DNA from: Chloroflexota bacterium
Lineage (GTDB): Bacteria > Chloroflexota > UBA11872 > VXOZ01
DNA: 64,000 nt
Assembly: GCA_963663275.1 (NCBI GenBank)
Contig: OY760183.1
Location: 2,624,001 to 2,688,000, forward strand
Direction: 5' to 3'
How positions within the stretch are numbered: position 1 is the stretch's first letter; every line of letters begins with the position of its first letter. Below, in pieces: positions 11,516-20,863 of this stretch. The notes under the pieces are model-generated. The model saw only the letters and a list, made by a program, of their open reading frames with translations, did no database searches and was not told the origin of the DNA. A program made the position numbers and the translations under genes.

Positions 11516-11746
11516 CTATTCGCCCAGCGGATTCGCCTGGCCGATGTCGTATTGGCTCCAGCAGACCGCCGTGCCATCGAATCGGAGACCGCACGAATGA
11601 CGGAAGCCGATGCTCAGGGTCGTGAAGCGCTCTCCCGCCGGCGGAGGCGCGAGATCATTGCCCGGCCGTTGCGCTAGGATGTGGCCCCCCTGAAGCAATG
11701 GGACATTGCCCCAGCAAACGGTAGTCGCCATGATGCTTGCGGACAC
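11516..11746 (-). pseudogene. Remnant of an RCC1/BLIP-II repeat protein
   Basis: TVCWG...PPAGERFTTLSIGFRHSCGLRFDGTAVCWS...GQANP is about 1.5 RCC1-like repeats; no convincing start and truncated by a stop. Confidence 0.6.
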
Positions 11747-11865
11747 GGCGCCGCAGAAACGCGCCTCCGCGTGCTTTCAAACCCGCGACGGCGACGGCGC
11801 TGACGCCTCTAGCTGCGCATGGGCTATCGACTGCTCTCTGCGCTGGCCGCGCACGGCCTACGCGC

Positions 11866-12984
11866 TTAGCCGTCCGCGTCCGGTTGACGCGCCTGCGCCA
11901 GTTGCGCCTTGAGATGGTCGATCGGCGCTACCGGCGTGGGGTCTACGCCGTTGAGCAGGGCCAGGTAGTAGCTTGCGTAGTCGCCGAGAAGGATGGCGGC
12001 CAGTTGCTGCGCCAAGGGGGTCGGGCCGGGCGCGTCTACCGTTTCGGTGGCGATCCGCGCCGCCTCGAGCAACTCCCGCGTTATCTGGAACCGCCTGCGC
12101 GTGCGTTCCGGGTAGAGGCGCGACGCCAGGTGCGCCACGCGCAATACCTGGGTGTTGGCGGCGGGATGAAGGTACCCCACCACCGCGTTGTGGTTGGCCT
12201 CCGGCAGGCGCTCGAACTCCGCCCACTGCTTGCTGTTCTCGTTGATCTGCGTCTTCCAGCGCCGCGCCACTTCGCTGAGGAATCCCGCGCCGTAGACGCT
12301 GACGATGCGTCCCTGCAGAGCGCGCGCCAACCGCTTGGCCGGGTTCGCGCGTTCCGGCACGGAGACGGCATAGATCCGCGCCTGCTCCACGAGAAACCGA
12401 ACGGCGTCGTGCACCTCCGCGGCCGGACAGCGGATGATGCCCAGCGTTGCCAATGCATGGAGCACGGGCATGTAGAGATGCGGCAGGGCGGCGCGCGGCT
12501 GCGCCCCTGCCTGGATGGCATACATGGGAATGCCGCCTTCGTCGGAGACCCCGCCTTCGTCGTGGGCACTTGCCGACCGCGCCCGGGCGGCCAACGCGCC
12601 GCCGCTGGCGATGACGATGAGGCAGGCCCCCTTCCGCCGGGCCGCGTCGAACGCGGCCAGCGTCTCTTCCGTATTGCCGGAGTAGCTGACGGCAATTGCC
12701 AGCGTGCCCGCGCCGACGTATCCCGGCAGGCCGTAATCGCGCACTACCTCTATCGGCAAGGCCGCCGTGTCCGGGGCCAGCGTGCGCGCCAGGTCGCCGC
12801 TGATCGCCGAGCCGCCCATGCCGAGAATGACCACTGACCGGACATCACGGTAGGACGGCGGCAGCGCCACGGTCTGCGCCTGGCGCCAGGCGGCGGCGCA
12901 GGCATTGGGAAACCCACTAATCTGCGCCGCCATGCCGCCCGCGTCGAGCCGGGCAATGAGATGGGGGTCGTCCAGACTGGTCAT
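11866..12984 (-). CDS. Bifunctional phosphoglucose/phosphomannose isomerase (SIS domains)
   Basis: GMGGSAISGD, SYSGNTEET, QPRAAL, RWKTQINENSK and PEANHN motifs. Confidence 0.93.
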   Translation of the reverse strand: MTSLDDPHLIARLDAGGMAAQISGFPNACAAAWRQAQTVALPPSYRDVRSVVILGMGGSAISGDLARTLAPDTAALPIEVVRDYGLPGYVGAGTLAIAVSYSGNTEETLAAFDAARRKGACLIVIASGGALAARARSASAHDEGGVSDEGGIPMYAIQAGAQPRAALPHLYMPVLHALATLGIIRCPAAEVHDAVRFLVEQARIYAVSVPERANPAKRLARALQGRIVSVYGAGFLSEVARRWKTQINENSKQWAEFERLPEANHNAVVGYLHPAANTQVLRVAHLASRLYPERTRRRFQITRELLEAARIATETVDAPGPTPLAQQLAAILLGDYASYYLALLNGVDPTPVAPIDHLKAQLAQARQPDADG

Positions 12985-13163
12985 CGGCCGGCGTCCCGGC
13001 TGCGGCCCGCGCCCGCCCCGATTCGGCACGGTTCACCGAACCGGCGCGTCTCGCCGAATCGGTACGCATAGCCGAACCGCAACGGCTCGCAGAATTGGGA
13101 CTGGTTGCCTGTACGGCGCGGCTCGCAGTACCGGAACGGCTCGCGGAAATCGGCATCGTTCAT
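12981..13163 (-). CDS. Putative 60-aa repeat-derived small protein
   Basis: [17 protein letters not shown]...[15 protein letters not shown]...; ATGA overlaps with both neighbouring genes; built from 18-nt repeats. Confidence 0.4.
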   Translation of the reverse strand: MNDADFREPFRYCEPRRTGNQSQFCEPLRFGYAYRFGETRRFGEPCRIGAGAGRSRDAGR

Positions 13164-14938
13164 GGCTTGTGGATGCGCACCCAGCGGTTGGGTTCCTTGC
13201 CGTAACTGCGCGAGCCCAGCTTGAACTTGTGGGCCAGTTCGTGCTGCAGGCGGCGGATGTAGGAATTGGCCGGCGGCAAGTCTACCGGATGCGAGGTATG
13301 CAAGGTTTCCTGCACGGCGGCCTCGGCCAGGCGGAGATCTTCGCTGGCGTCCGTTGGGTGACGGACGTCCAAATCGAAGATGCTGGCGAGGCTCTGGTTG
13401 ATCTGCGTCTGGGCGTTGCTCCGCAGCACGAAGATGGGAATCTGCTTCTGCTCGGCCAGGCGCAGCGGGCCCGTCCGCTGGCGGTAGCAACTCTTGAGCG
13501 TCAGCACCACGTCGGCGGCGTCGAGGTCTTCGGTAATCCAGGCCGGCGCCGCCAAGCGGCGCGCTCCCTCTTCCAGGCGCTTGCGGCTCACGCCGAAAGG
13601 GAAGATCGAGATCGGCTTGCGCGCCGCCGCCGCACGCGCTCCCAACCGGGACGACTCGTCGAACCGGCGCGGATCGTCAGCGCCCGCATAGGCGTCTTCA
13701 CGGCCGTCTCCGTCGTGGGCGCCGCCGTCCGTCCAGTGTTGGGGAGCGAAGCGCGCATCGTCCCGGCCCGGCGCGCCTGCGGCCGCCGGCCGGCCGTTGC
13801 CGTTTGCCCGCGGCCTTTCGCGCCACTCTCCGACCTCGCCCAACTGGGGATCCCAAAGCTCCTGCGCGCGCATCCCCTGCGGCGGCGCAATCGTATGCTT
13901 TGTCGATCTTACCCGGTTGTCGTCCCCGCGCTCCCGCTCCTCCACCGCAATTGGCCGGCCGCGCAGGAGATTATCGATGGTCTCAGCCACGTCGTGGTGG
14001 ACGATCATGTGGTGCCAGCCCTTGATCTCCACCAGGATGTGAAACGTGGGCGGCGCCTTGCGCTCCAGCACAGACTTCTGCGAGCGCCGCCGCCGGGCTT
14101 CCTCGTCGCTGAGCGTGACGGACTGGATACCGCCGATGAGGTCGGAGAGCGTCGGATTCTGCATCAGATTCATCAACGTGTTGCCGTGGGCCGTGCCGAC
14201 CAGTTGCACGCCCCGCTCGGCAATCGTGCGCGCGGCGGCGGCCTCCAACTCGGTGCCGATTTCATCGATCACTATGACCTCGGGCATGTGGTTCTCCACC
14301 GCCTCGATCATGACTTTGTGCTGGTCGGTGGCATGAGGCACCTGCATGCGCCGGGCGCGGCCGATACCGGCGTGAGCGATGTCCCCGTCGCCGGCAATCT
14401 CGTTGGAGGTGTCCACCACGATGACGCGCTTGCCGGCTTCGTCGGCGAGCACCCGGGCCACGTCCCGCAGCAGCGTCGTCTTGCCCACGCCCGGACTCCC
14501 AAGGAGCAGCGGGCTCTGGCCGGACTCAACCAGGTCGCGGATGATCTCGATCGTGCCGAACACGGCCCGTCCCACGCGGCAGGTCAGCCCTACCACGTCG
14601 CCCGCGCGGTTGCGGATTGCCGAAATGCGGTGCAGCGTGCGGGGTATGCCGGCGCGGTTGTCTGTGGTGAACGCGCCGAGCCTGGAGAGCACCAGGGCGA
14701 GGTCGTCCGCCGTCAACTCGTCCTCGTCGAGGATCGCCTCCCGCGTGAGAAAGCGCGCCTCCGGTTTGCGTCCGAGATCCAGGACGATTTCCAGCAGGTC
14801 GGAGGCGTCGTCGATCGATGCCAGCGCGCCCTGGATGCGCGGCGGCATGACGCTCACCAGAGCGCCAATGTCGTCCGTGACCTGAAATTCAGTCTGTGTC
14901 AGCGGGAGCCCCGCGGCTACCGGCTCATCCATACGCAT
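13160..14938 (-). CDS. Ycf45/SpoIIIAA-like AAA+ ATPase with C-terminal R3H domain
   Basis: [44 protein letters not shown]; C-terminal IRRLQHELA...SYGKEPNR. Confidence 0.9.
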   Translation of the reverse strand: MRMDEPVAAGLPLTQTEFQVTDDIGALVSVMPPRIQGALASIDDASDLLEIVLDLGRKPEARFLTREAILDEDELTADDLALVLSRLGAFTTDNRAGIPRTLHRISAIRNRAGDVVGLTCRVGRAVFGTIEIIRDLVESGQSPLLLGSPGVGKTTLLRDVARVLADEAGKRVIVVDTSNEIAGDGDIAHAGIGRARRMQVPHATDQHKVMIEAVENHMPEVIVIDEIGTELEAAAARTIAERGVQLVGTAHGNTLMNLMQNPTLSDLIGGIQSVTLSDEEARRRRSQKSVLERKAPPTFHILVEIKGWHHMIVHHDVAETIDNLLRGRPIAVEERERGDDNRVRSTKHTIAPPQGMRAQELWDPQLGEVGEWRERPRANGNGRPAAAGAPGRDDARFAPQHWTDGGAHDGDGREDAYAGADDPRRFDESSRLGARAAAARKPISIFPFGVSRKRLEEGARRLAAPAWITEDLDAADVVLTLKSCYRQRTGPLRLAEQKQIPIFVLRSNAQTQINQSLASIFDLDVRHPTDASEDLRLAEAAVQETLHTSHPVDLPPANSYIRRLQHELAHKFKLGSRSYGKEPNRWVRIHKP

Positions 14939-15026
14939 TGGCCTCGTACGTCAAGATTGAGGTGATTCGGTTTCCTTAACACCGTGCGCTGTCCAAGTCA
15001 CGGCGTCATCATACGCCGCGCCTCCA

Positions 15027-15968
15027 TCATGATACCACGCGCGGCGCTTGAAGCACGGCGCCGACAATCGCGCCGTAGCCGCGCCGGAAGTCCGCCGCCG
15101 GCAGCGCGCGCTTGCCCGCCAGTTGCACCTCATCCAGCACGACGATGCCGGAACCGGCGGTCACGGCCAGTCCCTTCTCGTGAGCGAACACCGTGCCGGG
15201 CGCGCCCTCCCCACCGTCCGGCAGCGGATGCGCCCGCAGGATCTTGACCTGGCGGTCTTGCCAGAACGTCACTGCGCCCGGCCAGGGCTGCATGGCCCGC
15301 GCGTGGCGGCACACGGCCGCCGCGTCTTGCGCCCAGCGCACAACGCCGTCTTCTTTCTTCAGCAGCGGCGCGTAGGTTGCCTGCGCGTTGTCTTGTGGTT
15401 GCGGTTCGATCCGGCCGGCAATCCAGTCATCCAACGTGGGCGGCAGGAGTTCCGCGCCCAGCCGCGCGAGCGCGCCGGTGAGCGTTGCCGTCGTCTCCTC
15501 GCCTGTGAGGGCCAGCGACCGCTGCCGCAGGATAGGGCCGGTGTCAAGCCCTTCATCCATCCGCATGATGGTCACGCCGGTCGCGGCGTCGCCGGCCAGA
15601 ATAGCCGCCGCCGCCGGGGACGCTCCCCGGTGCCGGGGCAACAGCGAGGCGTGCACGTTCAGGCAGCCATGCGGGGGTAGGTCGAGCACCGATGGCGGCA
15701 GAATCTTACCGTAGGCCGCCACCACGATCACGTCGGCGGCAACCGCCGCTAACTCCGCGACGACACTCGCCCGGCGCAGGGAACGCGGTTGGCTCACGGC
15801 CAGTCCGTGTTCCAGAGCCGCCTGCTTTACCGGCGACGGCCGCGGCCTGCGGCCCCGTCCCGCCGGCCGGTCCTGCTGGGTTACGACCAGCGCGACGTCG
15901 TGTTGTTGAGCGAGGGCGTGCAGGCTGGGTACGGCAAAGTCGGCGGTACCGCAGAAGATGACGCGCAT
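15027..15968 (-). CDS. fmt: Methionyl-tRNA formyltransferase
   Basis: FCGTADFA, VVTQQDRPAGRG, NVHASLLPRHRGASP and MDEGLDTG motifs. Confidence 0.97.
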   Translation of the reverse strand: MRVIFCGTADFAVPSLHALAQQHDVALVVTQQDRPAGRGRRPRPSPVKQAALEHGLAVSQPRSLRRASVVAELAAVAADVIVVAAYGKILPPSVLDLPPHGCLNVHASLLPRHRGASPAAAAILAGDAATGVTIMRMDEGLDTGPILRQRSLALTGEETTATLTGALARLGAELLPPTLDDWIAGRIEPQPQDNAQATYAPLLKKEDGVVRWAQDAAAVCRHARAMQPWPGAVTFWQDRQVKILRAHPLPDGGEGAPGTVFAHEKGLAVTAGSGIVVLDEVQLAGKRALPAADFRRGYGAIVGAVLQAPRVVS

Positions 15969-15977
15969 CCAAGGCTC

Positions 15978-16475
15978 CTACGAGTCTCCCGGATCTGGCT
16001 CGGATTCCGGTTCCACGCGGTACAATTGCGCAGGGTCTTCCATGCGATCCAGGAAGAGCGTGCCGTTCAAGTGATCGATCTCGTGCTGGAACACGCGGGC
16101 CAGCAAGTCGTCGGCGCGGATGCGGATCGCTTTCCCTTCCAGGGAGCGCCCCTTCACTACCACGCTCTGGTAGCGCTTCACCGGGCCGTAGTACAAGGAA
16201 TGGGAGAGGCAGCCTTCCTCGTCTTCGATGACTTCCCCGGACGTCTTGACGATCTCCGGGTTGATCACCGCCATGCGCACGTCGTCGGCGTCAACGACGA
16301 TCACGCGCAAGGAAACGCCGACCTGCGGCGCGGCCAGCCCCACGCCCGACACGGCGTCCATCGTGTCGAACATGTCGTCCGTAAGCTTGCGCAGCCCGCG
16401 CATGGCCTTGGGCACGGGCTTCGCCTTACGGCGCAGAATCTCGCTGCCAAGTTGCAGGATCTCTTGAGCCGCCAA
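15978..16475 (-). CDS. def: Peptide deformylase
   Basis: GVGLAAPQ, EGCLS and QHEIDHLNG motifs; adjacent to fmt. Confidence 0.97.
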   Translation of the reverse strand: MAAQEILQLGSEILRRKAKPVPKAMRGLRKLTDDMFDTMDAVSGVGLAAPQVGVSLRVIVVDADDVRMAVINPEIVKTSGEVIEDEEGCLSHSLYYGPVKRYQSVVVKGRSLEGKAIRIRADDLLARVFQHEIDHLNGTLFLDRMEDPAQLYRVEPESEPDPGDS

Positions 16476-16504
16476 CGTCTATCTTTCACCCTTCCCGCAA
16501 GAGT

Positions 16505-18955
16505 CTAGAGCACACTTACCGGGTCTACGTCGATAACCCAGCCCGCCGGTACGTGGACCAATAGTTGGTGAATGCTTTCGCCCCGCACGATCACGTGCCA
16601 GCGGTAAAGTCCGCGCACGCGCTCCGGGAATGCCGGGGCGGGACCCAGAAGTTCGACCGGCAGGCGTTCCCTCGCGCAAATCTCCTGCAAACATTGTACC
16701 AAAGCCACCGCCGCCTCTGCGGCGCGATCGCCGTCGCGGTCTTGGTAGAGCAGCACGGCCATGGCGACGCTGGGGGGAAACGCGCCCTCGCGCTCTTCCA
16801 TGCTCTTGCGGTAGAACCACAGGTACCGCCCAATCTTGAGCGCGCGCAGCGGCAGGCTCTCCGGCGTGTAGGTCTGGATGAGCAACTCGGCCCGCGCGGC
16901 CGCCGCCATGAAGCCGATGCGCCGCAAGAGTTGGTAGGTGCGTTCGGAGGCGCGAAAATCAGGCAGGTGGAGCGCCGTATCCGCCGAAACCACGGCGTAG
17001 AGCGCCACCGGCAGCGGCTCGCGCAACACGGCCGCGGTGCCGATGAGGATGTCCAGCTTGCCCTCACGCAGGGCGGCGAACGGGCTGGCGCTTTCCTTGG
17101 CGCTGATGACGTCGCTGTCCCAGCGGGCGATGCGGGCGTCTGGCAGGATGCGCTGCATCTCCAGTTCCACGGCTTGCGCGCCGACGCCCCGGAAGCGCAG
17201 TGTGGTTTCGCACAGCGGGCAATGCGTCGGGATGGGCGCTTCCGCGCCGCAACGGTGGCAGCGCATGACGCCGCTGGCCCGGTGCTGCACCAGCGGCACG
17301 CTGCAATTCTGGCATTCGACCACGTGGCCGCACTTTGGACAGAGCGCTTGGGTCGCCGCGCCGCGCCGGTTCTGCAAGAGCACGACGGGCCGCCGGTCTG
17401 CCAGAGCATGGCTAACGGCGTCTTTTAACTCACGGCTGATGAGTTGCCGCGGCCCCACGTGGCGGGCTTCACGCATGTCTACGATGCGGGCGGTGGGCGC
17501 AACGTCCGTGGCCCGGATGAACTCCGCGCGCCCGCTCTCAACCTCCGCATAGGTAGTTACGCGCGGCGTGTGGGAGAAGAGCAGCAATGGCGCGTTAAAG
17601 AGATCGGCCAGCCATCCGGCGACGGTAACGGCGTGGAAACGGAGTCCTCTCAGATTCTTGTGGGCGCTCTCATCAGAGCGTGGGATTTCTGGGTTCTTGT
17701 AGTAGTCATCGTGCTCACCGTCAACGAGTATCAGTCCCAGATCCTGAAACGGCAGGAATACCGCACTCCGGGTGCCGACCACTGCCACCGGCTCCCCTCT
17801 CTGCACACGCTCCCAGGTAGCCCGGCGTCCCGATTCCTTCAGACTTTCGTGCCACAGAAGCACAGAATCGGGGAGCACGGATTCTAATGCTGTCGCTATT
17901 CGTTGCGACGCGTGTCTCTCAGGGGTGAGTAACAAGACTTGGTTACCGGTATCAAGGGCGGGGACAACAGCATGGCAATACAGCTTTTCGGGTGAGAGAT
18001 TGTCCATTACTACCATTCGGCGCGCACTGGGTTCCCGATCATTGCCGTGCATGAACGCGGCGACAGCTTCCCAAGCGCGTGCCTCTGAGGGTTCGTCGAG
18101 CGTTGGCAGGGCGTGCGACTGCGTCTGACTGGGCCGGATCTGATAAGCCGCGCCAAAGCGCACCAAGCCCTTCTCTTCGAGTTTTCGCAGCGAGAGCAGA
18201 CTTCCGCCAGTCTCCTCGAGGAGCGCGCTGACCGGGGCGCGCCTACCTCGCGCCTCCAAGGATTGCATGAGTTTTCGTTGAGGACGCGAGCGCCGCAAGA
18301 GCGATTCGGCATCCTGCGTTGTGGTTAGACTTTCTACCCATTGTTTTCTCAGGGAAGGCGGTTTACTCTGCTGCAATGCTACTCGTAGGTGTACTGCTCC
18401 CGCGCGTTGCAGTAGTCCCTGAATCCGCTTGAACTCTTTTCGACCCACCAGTTTCGCAAGGCGCTCGTGGGAGACTTCATCTTCATTCCGCAGAGTCTCC
18501 AGCATAGTCCGACCGCTCTCGGTCTTCGCAACGTCCTCTGGCACAGCAGCACAGGGATCCAGCTTGGACCATCGCTTCACGCGCCCCCGCAGACCCGGCG
18601 GCAGCATGGGGCCGATGACCTTCATCGGAGAGGCGAGGTAGTAGCGGGCGACTTTGCGCGCCAGGGAAATTTGCGCCGGGGTGAGCAGGACGCTATCGGC
18701 GACGACGTCCATGATCTCGCGGACGTCCTCCACCGGCACGGGGGAATCTTCCGCGCCGGCCACGACCAGACCCTCGATGATGCGTTCGCCAAAGCCGATC
18801 AGCACCATCACCCCCGGCGCGACTCTCTCCCTAAGGTGGGCCGGTATAGCGTAGTGATAGGTCTGGTCCGCGGGGACGTTGAGCACGTTCACCGCGATTT
18901 CGGCGTACGGGGTTTCGAGGGGGATTGGTTTCACCCGCGCGGGGAAGTCCGACAC
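16505..18955 (-). CDS. priA: Primosomal protein N' (PriA) with degenerate helicase motifs
   Basis: N-terminal YHYAIP...VLIGFG, VVGTRSAVFLP, NRRG plus four CxxC pairs, LPDFRASER and LLGPAPA; gene context gmk-priA-def-fmt. Confidence 0.92.
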   Translation of the reverse strand: MSDFPARVKPIPLETPYAEIAVNVLNVPADQTYHYAIPAHLRERVAPGVMVLIGFGERIIEGLVVAGAEDSPVPVEDVREIMDVVADSVLLTPAQISLARKVARYYLASPMKVIGPMLPPGLRGRVKRWSKLDPCAAVPEDVAKTESGRTMLETLRNEDEVSHERLAKLVGRKEFKRIQGLLQRAGAVHLRVALQQSKPPSLRKQWVESLTTTQDAESLLRRSRPQRKLMQSLEARGRRAPVSALLEETGGSLLSLRKLEEKGLVRFGAAYQIRPSQTQSHALPTLDEPSEARAWEAVAAFMHGNDREPSARRMVVMDNLSPEKLYCHAVVPALDTGNQVLLLTPERHASQRIATALESVLPDSVLLWHESLKESGRRATWERVQRGEPVAVVGTRSAVFLPFQDLGLILVDGEHDDYYKNPEIPRSDESAHKNLRGLRFHAVTVAGWLADLFNAPLLLFSHTPRVTTYAEVESGRAEFIRATDVAPTARIVDMREARHVGPRQLISRELKDAVSHALADRRPVVLLQNRRGAATQALCPKCGHVVECQNCSVPLVQHRASGVMRCHRCGAEAPIPTHCPLCETTLRFRGVGAQAVELEMQRILPDARIARWDSDVISAKESASPFAALREGKLDILIGTAAVLREPLPVALYAVVSADTALHLPDFRASERTYQLLRRIGFMAAAARAELLIQTYTPESLPLRALKIGRYLWFYRKSMEEREGAFPPSVAMAVLLYQDRDGDRAAEAAVALVQCLQEICARERLPVELLGPAPAFPERVRGLYRWHVIVRGESIHQLLVHVPAGWVIDVDPVSVL

Positions 18956-19566
18956 TTTTCAGCCGTTATGATGGCGCGCACCTGCTCGATCGCCGCGTCC
19001 AGCTTGCCCGGCTGATTGACAACCAGGTAGTCGAAGCGCGGGATGGCCGCCATTTCACGCTCCGCCAGCGCGTCGCGGGTGGCTTCGTCCACGGGCTGTT
19101 CCGTGCCCCGCCGATCTCTGCGCTCACGCAAGGCCTCCTTGGAGGGCGAGCCGATGAAGACGTGCACGCTGGCGGGCATCTGCTCCCGTATCGATGCGGC
19201 GCCTTGCACGTCCACGCGCAGGAGCACGTCCTCGCCGCGCTCCAGCGCCGACGTGACCTCATGGAGCGGCGTGCCGTAACTGCGGCCATAGACGGTTGCG
19301 GTTTCCAGAAACTTTCCTTGCGCTTCCCAGCGGGCGAACTGGTCCGGCGTCAGAAAATAGTGGTGCGCGCCGTGCGTTTCGCCTGGCCGCGGGGGGCGCG
19401 TAACGGCGGTGACGGCCCGGTGAAAGCTCATGCCGCTGGCGGCGAGGCCGTCGATAATCGAGTCCTTGCCGACGCCCGATGGGCCGGAAAGCACGACGAG
19501 CAGCGCCCGGGGCGACTGTAGGCCGGGGGCAGCGGTTTCAGATGCCGGCTGAGGGAGAGCGTCCAC
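18931..19566 (-). CDS. gmk: Guanylate kinase
   Basis: LSGPSGVGKD, TRPPRPGE, YGTP and DVQGA motifs. Confidence 0.95.
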   Translation of the reverse strand: MDALPQPASETAAPGLQSPRALLVVLSGPSGVGKDSIIDGLAASGMSFHRAVTAVTRPPRPGETHGAHHYFLTPDQFARWEAQGKFLETATVYGRSYGTPLHEVTSALERGEDVLLRVDVQGAASIREQMPASVHVFIGSPSKEALRERRDRRGTEQPVDEATRDALAEREMAAIPRFDYLVVNQPGKLDAAIEQVRAIITAEKCRTSPRG

Positions 19567-19607
19567 TGCGGCACAGGCTCCGTATGCTGCGGTCTTGCTA
19601 CAAGAAC

Positions 19608-19637
19608 AGAGTACGTGACGAACTTGGCGCCGGTCAA
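19608..19637 (-). promoter_or_regulatory. Putative promoter for gmk-priA-def-fmt
   Basis: TTGACC-N18-TACTCT. Confidence 0.45.
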
Positions 19638-19716
19638 CGTGGGGTTAGCGCAAAGTCGCTCGGCGGCACGGCTCATAGGCTTACGCGCTCTCCGGCAGAA
19701 TGGCGATCCGGCCGCC

Positions 19717-20724
19717 TCACGTCTGTTCCCAGGGCGCGAGGTTCTGCGCGGCGAGTTCGCGGTAGAACAGCAGGTAACTCCGGTAGCGGCGCGGGGAGAT
19801 GCCGCCGTCCGCCTGGGCGCCGCGCACGGCGCAGGCGGGCTCGTCGCGGTGGGTGCAGTCGCGGAACCGGCACTGGCCGAACAGGGCGCGGACTTCGGGA
19901 AAGAGGTAGGCAAGATCTTCGGGCAGGATGCTCCACGTAGCCAACTTGCGCAGGCCGGGCGTATCCATCACCACCGTCTCCTCATCGAGGGTGATCGTTT
20001 CCGCCTGTGTCGTCACGTGGCGGCCCTCGCCTTTCGCGCCGACCGCCCCCGTCGGCAGCGCGGCGCTTGCGGCCAGCCGATTGATGAGGGAGGACTTACC
20101 CACACCGGAGACGCCCGTAAACACCGAGCGCGCACCCTGCAACGCGGCGCGCAGCGGCCCGAGGCCGGCGCCGGTGAGCGCGCTGGTTTGGAGCGTCGTG
20201 TAGCCAACGCGCTCATAGCACGTAAGTTCCGCCGCCGTCTCCGGACTAACGCCGTGGTCGCTCTTGTTCAGCGCCACCAGCGCGGGCAGATCGAGATGCT
20301 CGGCGATTACCAGGTAGCGGTCGAGCAGCGTGAAGTCCGGCGAGGGTTGCGCCGCCGCCAGTACGATCACGACCTGGTCCACGTTGGCGGCCAGCACGTG
20401 GGCGCGCTTGCTCTCCGGCGCTTGGCGCACCAGGCCCCAGGCCTCATCCTCGTTGCGCAGGATCTCCTCGATCACGCCGGTATCGGGCCCCAGCGGCCGG
20501 ATGCGCACGCGGTCGCCGACGCTCACCGGCGAGCGCGTCCGGGTAGGCTGCACACGCTGCACGCGCGGCGCCCGGCTCTTGCTGGTGGAATAGACCAGTT
20601 GCTTGCGCAACTTGCCCCGCAGCGTGCAGCGCACCGTGCCGCGCGCCGTCTCTACCAGGAATTCCCCGCGTGAAATCCGCAGCACCGTGCCCTCGCGCGT
20701 CCGTTTGCCGCGCCCGCCGCTCAT
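19717..20724 (-). CDS. rsgA: Ribosome small subunit-dependent GTPase A
   Basis: Circularly permuted GTPase motifs NKSD, GVSGVGKSS, GRHVTT, DTPG and Zn finger CRFRDCTHRDEPAC. Confidence 0.96.
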   Translation of the reverse strand: MSGGRGKRTREGTVLRISRGEFLVETARGTVRCTLRGKLRKQLVYSTSKSRAPRVQRVQPTRTRSPVSVGDRVRIRPLGPDTGVIEEILRNEDEAWGLVRQAPESKRAHVLAANVDQVVIVLAAAQPSPDFTLLDRYLVIAEHLDLPALVALNKSDHGVSPETAAELTCYERVGYTTLQTSALTGAGLGPLRAALQGARSVFTGVSGVGKSSLINRLAASAALPTGAVGAKGEGRHVTTQAETITLDEETVVMDTPGLRKLATWSILPEDLAYLFPEVRALFGQCRFRDCTHRDEPACAVRGAQADGGISPRRYRSYLLFYRELAAQNLAPWEQT

Positions 20725-20779
20725 TGCGCCGCGCTCGCCGCGCCGCTAGGCGCACGGATGTGCATGAGCGCGGGGAACG

Positions 20780-20813
20780 AAAAAGACCGGCGTCCGAGTG
20801 TGGACGTCGGTCT
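20780..20813 (-). terminator. Intrinsic terminator after tig
   Basis: AGACCGACGTCC-ACACTC-GGACGCCGGTCT followed by a T run on the minus strand. Confidence 0.7.
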
Positions 20814-20863
20814 CGAGTGGGAGGCAATGGCTGTCGGCGTGCCCATGTGCTTTCAACTCACGG

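Noticed and set aside
12526-12561. Duplicated DEGG segment in pgi/pmi
   Set aside because: A single in-frame 18-nt duplication in a loop with no sign of functional meaning.
12905-14965. Long antisense ORFs (also 1476-3104, 33035-34504, 45776-47302, 60007-61899 and others)
   Set aside because: Shadow frames opposite well-supported genes, expected in high-GC DNA, with no recognisable motifs.
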